This document shows positions 57,669 through 64,000 of a DNA stretch of 64,000 nt, one piece after another; position 1 is the first letter of the stretch; every line of letters begins with the position of its first letter. The DNA is from a virus. The stretch lies in IMG/VR virus record IMGVR_UViG_3300023178_001963; one strand, written 5' to 3'. Under the pieces are notes generated by a model. It did not search any database, had not been told where the DNA came from, and worked only from the letters and a program-made list of their open reading frames with translations. The translations under genes and the position numbers were made by a program.

Positions 57669-58297
57669 AATCCAGGAACATAACTCCACATTTTAGCAGT
57701 TTCAATCCTTAGGGCGGCAAGACGTTCATCCGTTTTGTCGCCTCTTTTTATGTTTGTTTGTATTTCATCTGTTATTTCAAACCACTTCTCTCTATTGATT
57801 AATTTTATAATATTGTGATTTTCTATTTTGTCAACCCCCTCGTAGTAGAAGTAATGTATCAAAGCATCGAATTGCGGTTGACCTAACGGTTGTGTTACGA
57901 ACTTTTCAAGTACATTTCCAATAGCACGTAATTGTTTTTCTAATATAAATTTTGCGGCATCAATTGTTACTTTTTGTTCTGAAATGTCTACACGCTGTGA
58001 AGCAACTGTGATATATCCATACTTAAATTCAACATCAGGTATTTCATAATTGTAACCTATCATACCATTTCTTATTTCAAGTGAAGGTATAACATCGTTA
58101 ACAATAGCATCTTTGCTCATGTTACTGAATACTAGTTCATTTGCTGGGAATGTTTTAACACGTGTATACGAAAGTGTATACGAAGGTTGTTCATTGATAT
58201 CATAACCAGTACCTAGATATGTACCGTAAGGTGTTATAACATTCAACGGAAGCTGAATGTAATTTAACAATGATCCTTTTCGTTTATCATAAATCAT
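57665..58297 (-). CDS. Divergent GH24 lysozyme-like baseplate protein
   Basis: KYGY...ITID-like segment and [17 protein letters not shown] resemble the lysozyme IGYG and LxQxQFDALVSFxYNxG motifs; follows the spike gene. Confidence 0.5.
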   Translation of the reverse strand: MIYDKRKGSLLNYIQLPLNVITPYGTYLGTGYDINEQPSYTLSYTRVKTFPANELVFSNMSKDAIVNDVIPSLEIRNGMIGYNYEIPDVEFKYGYITVASQRVDISEQKVTIDAAKFILEKQLRAIGNVLEKFVTQPLGQPQFDALIHYFYYEGVDKIENHNIIKLINREKWFEITDEIQTNIKRGDKTDERLAALRIETAKMWSYVPGF

Positions 58298-58298
58298 A

Positions 58299-60335
58299 TT
58301 ACGCTGTCCTTATTTGTCTTAACCAACTTGGCGCTGTTGCTGAAGTATGTGATGATCCCCAAATTGCTGCTGGCGATGATGGAGCGATATCAACATGAAT
58401 ACCTACATTACCCATATAACCTGGACCTACACCAATACTTGTTGCTCCTGCACTGAAACATGCTTGGCAGAATTTTTTCATAATAGGCAAATCAGAGTTA
58501 CTAGTACAACTTAGTTTTTTACCATTACTATAAATCCAAACATCAGCAGCAAAGCCATTATCATGTCTTATACTACCAGTTCTACGTCCACCTGGCGTGC
58601 CTTTTGGATCTTGTCCTCCAGAGAAAATATCAACATCGACACCTGCAGATTCTGCTGCTCTTTCTAGTATACTAAACAGTCTATTTTGAATTGGTTTGTT
58701 TCTTGTTTGATTGGAGAAACCACTGATATATTTAACAGAACCAGAACCGTTACCTGTTTGCTCTTCTATAGATGTATCAGTAGTAAGTTGCTCTGCTGGC
58801 GGTTCAGATTCATCATTTCTAATTTTACTTAGTGGATCTTCTTTTACTGGAGGGATGCTACCAGAGTTTACCGTCGAACCACCATCACTCGAACTACTGG
58901 TATTAGCAGGAGCAGGTTTCTTTCTAAGCATAGGTTCATGTGATACCATTGTAGATAATACAGATTCGTCTATTTTTGTTGTTTCTAAGTTTTGAATATC
59001 AGCATGTGATACAGTAGATATACCAGGAGATATTGCTGCTTTTGGACCATTCAAATGTAAGATACCACCTGTTGTGACATACATATTTGTTTTTACATTT
59101 GTATGATTTGCACCACCACTAGTGAAGAATTGTGTTCCACCGCTTTTTACATGAAACTGGTCATCAGCATTAATGTGATAATCATTGCCTGCTTTCATGT
59201 TAATATTATTTCCTGCTTCAATGTTTATATTTTGGTCAGCACGTAAGTTGAAATCTTTTTCTGCTCTCATAGATATAGAGCCTTGCCCATATACCATTAC
59301 TTCACCTGCGGCGCCAATTTCAACCCAACCTGAACCAGTGGAATTAATCATATAAATCATATCGTTTGTACCATCTAAGATGACACTTGCGCCGCTGCCT
59401 GTTTGTATTCTAATCTGATTTGGATGTACAAAACCGTCATCACCTACACTACCGTCATCAATAGTAATAGCATTTGAACCAGGTGTTTTCCAACCATACA
59501 CAGAGTTTGGTTTAGGTTCTTTATAACTTGCGTTACGAGTTGGACTCGCTGTAGTTTGACCTCTTATTGAATCAGCATATATACCTTGAGTAGCAGTGTT
59601 TATATTTCTTGGATGATTTTCTGCTTCTTCGTTTCTCTTTGTTTTTGTGTTCTTATTGTTAGAAGTATTCTTTTGATTTCTACCAGTAGTAACCTCGTCT
59701 TCTGGTTTTTCTTTTCCTTCTTTAACACGAAATAATCCGTCTTTTCCATCTAGCTTATCAGAAAGACCAATATCTTTTGAATCTGTACCTACATTACGTC
59801 TTGCCGCTCTGGAGTCAGAGTCCATCTTCTTATCTATTACAGTAGTATCTTTACCTTGTGCTTTAGATAATTCAATGTGGTTCGATTTAGCAGCAGGTTG
59901 ATTTTTAAAACTTCCTTCACCCTGACCGGTACCGTCAGCTTTTGCTTTGCCAGCTGCACCACCAGCAGCAACGTCAGGTACTTCTTGCGCCACAGCAAAG
60001 TAATAACCTTCACTTAGTTCACCATCGTCAGCAAAGAATACCATAATAGTTACACCAGCATCGGGCGGCGTAGAAAAGAAACCATATGAACCGTTAGCAT
60101 TAGCTCCAGCAAATGGCGAAGCATACTGAAAAAATAACGGGTTATCAGGATCACCTCCTAATTTAGGAATATAAGCTGCGACTCTACCACGTCCCTCGGG
60201 ATCAGGCTTGCCACCAACAGTTATAGCATGATATATACCACTACTAACAGCATTAAGAGCCGGGTTCTCACCACGTTTTCTCTCTCTTTTTACACTTTTA
60301 GCAAAGTTGTTTGTATTTTCATTCTGTAAACTCAT
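58299..60335 (-). CDS. Baseplate central spike (gp5/VgrG-like) with C-terminal M15-type Zn peptidase domain
   Basis: N-terminal DPEGRGRV...PPDAGVTIMVFF OB-fold; beta-helix repeats (INIEAGNNINMKAG); C-terminal SIRHDNGFAADV...IHVD. Confidence 0.75.
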   Translation of the reverse strand: MSLQNENTNNFAKSVKRERKRGENPALNAVSSGIYHAITVGGKPDPEGRGRVAAYIPKLGGDPDNPLFFQYASPFAGANANGSYGFFSTPPDAGVTIMVFFADDGELSEGYYFAVAQEVPDVAAGGAAGKAKADGTGQGEGSFKNQPAAKSNHIELSKAQGKDTTVIDKKMDSDSRAARRNVGTDSKDIGLSDKLDGKDGLFRVKEGKEKPEDEVTTGRNQKNTSNNKNTKTKRNEEAENHPRNINTATQGIYADSIRGQTTASPTRNASYKEPKPNSVYGWKTPGSNAITIDDGSVGDDGFVHPNQIRIQTGSGASVILDGTNDMIYMINSTGSGWVEIGAAGEVMVYGQGSISMRAEKDFNLRADQNINIEAGNNINMKAGNDYHINADDQFHVKSGGTQFFTSGGANHTNVKTNMYVTTGGILHLNGPKAAISPGISTVSHADIQNLETTKIDESVLSTMVSHEPMLRKKPAPANTSSSSDGGSTVNSGSIPPVKEDPLSKIRNDESEPPAEQLTTDTSIEEQTGNGSGSVKYISGFSNQTRNKPIQNRLFSILERAAESAGVDVDIFSGGQDPKGTPGGRRTGSIRHDNGFAADVWIYSNGKKLSCTSNSDLPIMKKFCQACFSAGATSIGVGPGYMGNVGIHVDIAPSSPAAIWGSSHTSATAPSWLRQIRTA

Positions 60336-60336
60336 A

Positions 60337-63300
60337 TCATTCAGCCTCTTCTATTGGTGTAAATACGTCAAGTGAGCCTATCTCTGTTCTCAATGGCCCA
60401 CCTGCATTTTCAGGATCTAATTGTTTTCTTCTCGCTGTTGTTATGTTCGGAAATATATTTCCTATACGACTTATAAAATTGTTCATTACAGCTGGTGTTA
60501 GACCATGATTATCAGAAAATGAAGTTATTCCTAAATCTTCTGCTGTTAATACTTGTGTATTACCGTTTGCGTCTGTATATGGTATATCTGGAAATTCATC
60601 CCAAACTAGATACAATTCAGTAAACGTTTCTACATTTCCATCTCCAAAATCAAAAGTTTCCTGTACTTCTTTACGAGGTAAGTTTTCTATAGCTTTTCTT
60701 ACATCAGCCCATATATCATTTGCAGCTCTTAGCTCTTTAGAAACTTCTTCACTAACTGTTATTATATCACCAGTTGCTGTTGTAATTGGTACTGTTATTG
60801 TACCGTCTCCATTGTCTATAGCAGGCGAAGGTAACGCACCAGGAGGTTTAGGTATAATAACAGGTTGATCTATCAATGAAGGTTTGACTTGCACTCTTGT
60901 TTCCGTTTCACCTGTTTCTGGATTAGTCAGAACTGTCACAGTATCTAAAACAAACGGAGAAGTGTTGTTTTCTTCGATTAGTTTTTCTTCTTCTAATCTT
61001 TCTTTTTCTTTAATTCTTTCTTTTTCTACTTCTGGGTCTAATTCAAATACATCTAGTTCTTCTGTTACAGTTTCTAACTCTTCAGTTAAAGTTTCAACTT
61101 TTTTTACATTGTCAGTGTTATCTGTTATACTATCTAACTCTGGCGTAGAGTTTGATTCGGTAAATCCTAAATCAGTTATTGGAATTCCTGCTGAACCTGC
61201 TGCAGTTGTCATAAGTTCGGTGTATATAGAACGCAATTCGGGATCATCGGGTAATCCATCAACACCTTCTCCAAATTCAGCAACCATTGAATTAAGAAGA
61301 TATTGTGCATCTTCTGTGTTGATATTTGTTCCACCTAATGTACTAAGTAAGCCGCTAAGGTTACCAACAGTTGGATTTGACACCGCGGTATCTACCCCTT
61401 CCTGAAATGCTATAGAATCAAAACCATTACCATCACCACCACCGACGTTTGCATTGCCTCCAGCACCTTGTATGTTTCCATCTTCGTCAACAGCAAATAT
61501 ACCATTTCCACCTGTAACCCCATCAACTCCTATAGAAGTATCGCCAAATCCTCCGAAAGCATCCAACTCTTCTTCTATGTCTATTGCTTCCAGTCTAGGT
61601 ATATCCTTAAAGAATCTAGGTACAGGTATTCTTATAGCATCAAATGTTTGTGTAAACATTCCACCACTAAATGAACTTATAGTAGAACGAACTAGATATA
61701 TGAATATTTCTAATTCTTCTACCATAATGTTATCATGTTCATCGACCCCATCTGCTTTATTCACAACAAGAACAAAATAATTGTTACCATTTATATTAGT
61801 AAAAAATCCTTTATTATTATCATTTGTATTGTTTTGACCGAAATGCGTTCTCTGTTGTTCTTTAGTTAAATAATATTCCAACCAAAACGGATCGCCTTTA
61901 ATAGTCATACTAAGTTGATGCATACTTGTATCACCATCTAAAGATTCATAAAACTTCTGTCTTGCTAGTTCCATTTCTTCTTGATCTGGAACTTTGAATA
62001 CTCTGGGTTTCTTCTCCTCCATAAGTGATGGAATAATAGCACGTTTAAAGATTAAAGGGTTCAAAATCAAAGTATCAAGTAACGCACCAAAGGATTTACT
62101 ATCCATCTTACTAGATATCAAATCATCACCTAACTCTTCTGCTAGTATAAATCCACCATTTGAAAACTGTGAAAGTGTAGCAGATTGTTTAGCTGCCTGT
62201 GCTTGGAGTGCATCACCTAACTGTATACCTAATTGTTCCTCAAAACGTCTTTTTATGTTTGAGTCTATTTTATTTTGATTTGCCTGCTCTGTATTTCTTT
62301 GATTATTAATTTCTTTAAGTTGTTTGTCTAACTGTTGTAATCTGTTAAAACCTTCATTGTTTTTTAATTCAGCAAATTCTTCTGGAAATTCTCTTTGTAG
62401 TGCTGCTAAAGATACAGAGTCTCCATTATCTAATGCTTCTTGTAAAGTTTGGAATCTCTTTTCAAATTCATCTCGTGCACCAGGTGGTGCATTGGCAACC
62501 GTAGAACGTTTTTGACTTGCCATAATTGACAATAACTTAGATTTTTCACCAGCAATTTCCTCTTGTAACTTTGCGGCTTCTCCGTCTTTTTGGTCTATTA
62601 ATTTTTGTATGTCATTAGCTTGTTGCTGTAGTTCGTCCACCTTTTGCTGTTGTTTTTCACTTAACGCAATATGCAAATTAGAATTTGCTTTCAAAAAAGT
62701 AAACGCTGTAAATGAATCTTTGGGTGTATTATATGTTTTTATTAGTTGTCTATCTAATGAAACAGTCAAATCTAAAATCTGATCGTTCAAGCCAGTGTAG
62801 TGATAATAATAAACTTTTCTACATCTACCAGTGCCAAATATCTCATCTAGAGTTTTCCTAACTTCCTGCATTTTAGACAATTGGTTAGCAGCATTTTGGT
62901 CTATAAATTCACGTTTCATAATAATGTTATAGATTACAGTAGAACCTGTTTCACCTGTTATAACATTATACCCGCCGGGTTTAGGTATAACATCCGGTTC
63001 AATTCGTATAACATTATTAAATGTTTCAGATTCAACCAATATCTCTTTTTTAATTTCAGCAGATTGAATACATATGTCATGTAGAACGTCAATGACACTC
63101 AACCCAGGGGTTATATTACCAACTGTCTCACCGCTATTAATAGAGTTAGTTCTTTTTGAAACAGTATTATTACCTGCACTTGTATTAACATTTGTACTCG
63201 ATATCATTGAACTTGATTTAAATCTGTCCATAGATGAATCAAATCTTACTTCATATTCAGTTAAAAATCTTAACTGTTCAGCGGTATATGATGTATTTTC

Positions 63301-63999
63301 TGGAGAACTAACAACATCATTCAAATCATCTATAAAACTATTGATAGTTTCTTCAAGTGTGTCTTTGATCGTAAATTCGAATGGATACTCTGTTATATTA
63401 ACATTTGCCAAAGTTGCCATTTGTTGAATTATTGTACCTTCTAAGGTTATAATAGTTCCAGTTTCGTTAGTTGTAGTTGTGATATCTTTTAACTTGTTAA
63501 GTTTGAATGGTATAACTTTTGTAGTTGGTAATTGTGGGGCGTCAGTTGGATCATCTAAATTGTAACCATTAAAATTAATTTTCATATAATATGTAGCATC
63601 CGCAATAGATGCATAGCCCATAAGCATTACGATACCTATAAGTGTGTCATTTATACTAGTATTACCAACTTGTCTTAAGTCAAATGAAAGTGATACACCA
63701 GTACCTACCATTTTGTTTACATCACCTGACCCTGTTCCCATTGATCTTATTTGTAGATTATCTACTGTAAATTCTGTTGTTAACCCAGTTTTAGCAATAG
63801 TAACATAGTTAGAATTCTCTGCTGGCCACTGATTATTAATTATTTGTTCGAATGATACTGATTTAAAATTTAAAAAACTTTCTGACTCACCAACTGGAAC
63901 TACAAGAAATTCTAAATCATAACTATAGTTTTCATAAAAATCTAACTCATTTTCCCAAAATTGGTCTTCATCTTCTAACCAATTCAAAACTGATGTCAT
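60337..63999 (-). CDS. Baseplate hub-like tail protein (gp27-like, tentative) with coiled-coil and acidic insertions
   Basis: Directly upstream of the spike gene; YYYHYTGLNDQILD, MTIKGDPFWL and FSGGMFTQT motifs. Confidence 0.55.
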   Translation of the reverse strand: MTSVLNWLEDEDQFWENELDFYENYSYDLEFLVVPVGESESFLNFKSVSFEQIINNQWPAENSNYVTIAKTGLTTEFTVDNLQIRSMGTGSGDVNKMVGTGVSLSFDLRQVGNTSINDTLIGIVMLMGYASIADATYYMKINFNGYNLDDPTDAPQLPTTKVIPFKLNKLKDITTTTNETGTIITLEGTIIQQMATLANVNITEYPFEFTIKDTLEETINSFIDDLNDVVSSPENTSYTAEQLRFLTEYEVRFDSSMDRFKSSSMISSTNVNTSAGNNTVSKRTNSINSGETVGNITPGLSVIDVLHDICIQSAEIKKEILVESETFNNVIRIEPDVIPKPGGYNVITGETGSTVIYNIIMKREFIDQNAANQLSKMQEVRKTLDEIFGTGRCRKVYYYHYTGLNDQILDLTVSLDRQLIKTYNTPKDSFTAFTFLKANSNLHIALSEKQQQKVDELQQQANDIQKLIDQKDGEAAKLQEEIAGEKSKLLSIMASQKRSTVANAPPGARDEFEKRFQTLQEALDNGDSVSLAALQREFPEEFAELKNNEGFNRLQQLDKQLKEINNQRNTEQANQNKIDSNIKRRFEEQLGIQLGDALQAQAAKQSATLSQFSNGGFILAEELGDDLISSKMDSKSFGALLDTLILNPLIFKRAIIPSLMEEKKPRVFKVPDQEEMELARQKFYESLDGDTSMHQLSMTIKGDPFWLEYYLTKEQQRTHFGQNNTNDNNKGFFTNINGNNYFVLVVNKADGVDEHDNIMVEELEIFIYLVRSTISSFSGGMFTQTFDAIRIPVPRFFKDIPRLEAIDIEEELDAFGGFGDTSIGVDGVTGGNGIFAVDEDGNIQGAGGNANVGGGDGNGFDSIAFQEGVDTAVSNPTVGNLSGLLSTLGGTNINTEDAQYLLNSMVAEFGEGVDGLPDDPELRSIYTELMTTAAGSAGIPITDLGFTESNSTPELDSITDNTDNVKKVETLTEELETVTEELDVFELDPEVEKERIKEKERLEEEKLIEENNTSPFVLDTVTVLTNPETGETETRVQVKPSLIDQPVIIPKPPGALPSPAIDNGDGTITVPITTATGDIITVSEEVSKELRAANDIWADVRKAIENLPRKEVQETFDFGDGNVETFTELYLVWDEFPDIPYTDANGNTQVLTAEDLGITSFSDNHGLTPAVMNNFISRIGNIFPNITTARRKQLDPENAGGPLRTEIGSLDVFTPIEEAE

Positions 64000-64000
64000 A

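Noticed and set aside
514-63427. Many short antisense or alternate-frame ORFs in the track (e.g. 1018..1272, 12867..13316, 31746..32210, 60884..61405)
   Set aside because: They lie within long motif-bearing genes, lack recognisable motifs and look like shadow ORFs.
41073-63999. Bacterial T6SS or extracellular contractile injection system instead of a phage
   Set aside because: T4-like gp6/gp25 order, giant wedge protein, late-promoter-like motifs, phage-type small early genes and the absence of Tss membrane-complex genes favour a phage; capsid genes are simply not in this window.
1-64000. tRNA/rRNA genes, introns, inteins, transposases, or stop-codon reassignment
   Set aside because: Intergenic gaps are too short and none was recognised by eye; genes end in TAA, TAG and TGA with tight coupling under the standard code. 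A covariance-model scan was not possible.

Overview
AT-rich, gene-dense segment of a large contractile-tailed (T4-like/jumbo myovirus-type) phage genome, with almost all genes on the minus strand. The right part (~37.9-64 kb) is a tail/baseplate module: hub-like protein, gp5/VgrG-like spike with a C-terminal M15-type peptidase, lysozyme-like protein, gp25, gp6-like wedge, a 3369-aa baseplate protein, tail proteins and an Ig/lectin adhesin. A plus-strand clpP cassette interrupts this module. Directly downstream (1-37.9 kb, running off the left edge) is a very large tailoring-enzyme cluster. It has at least 15 radical SAM genes in four architectures (one cobalamin-dependent), 4 glycosyltransferase-like genes, 4 SGNH-like genes, 2 QueC-like PP-loop enzymes, 2 methyltransferase-like genes, a carbamoyltransferase with a 37-aa partner, a CMP-sugar cytidylyltransferase and a nitroreductase-family protein. 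The best-supported inference is a phage-encoded pathway that modifies the virion (tailored glycan and/or protein modification); DNA modification is not excluded. A tail protein carrying a (Tyr-x-Gly)n tract is a candidate substrate. A plus-strand island of small early-type genes (22.7-25.5 kb) is driven by three copies of a sigma70-type promoter, each with a GANTC (CGAATCR) site in the spacer, which suggests an alphaproteobacterial host and CcrM/GcrA-linked control. (G/C/A)ATAAATA late-promoter-like motifs precede both structural and enzyme genes. All functional calls come from motif recognition; no database searches were run.
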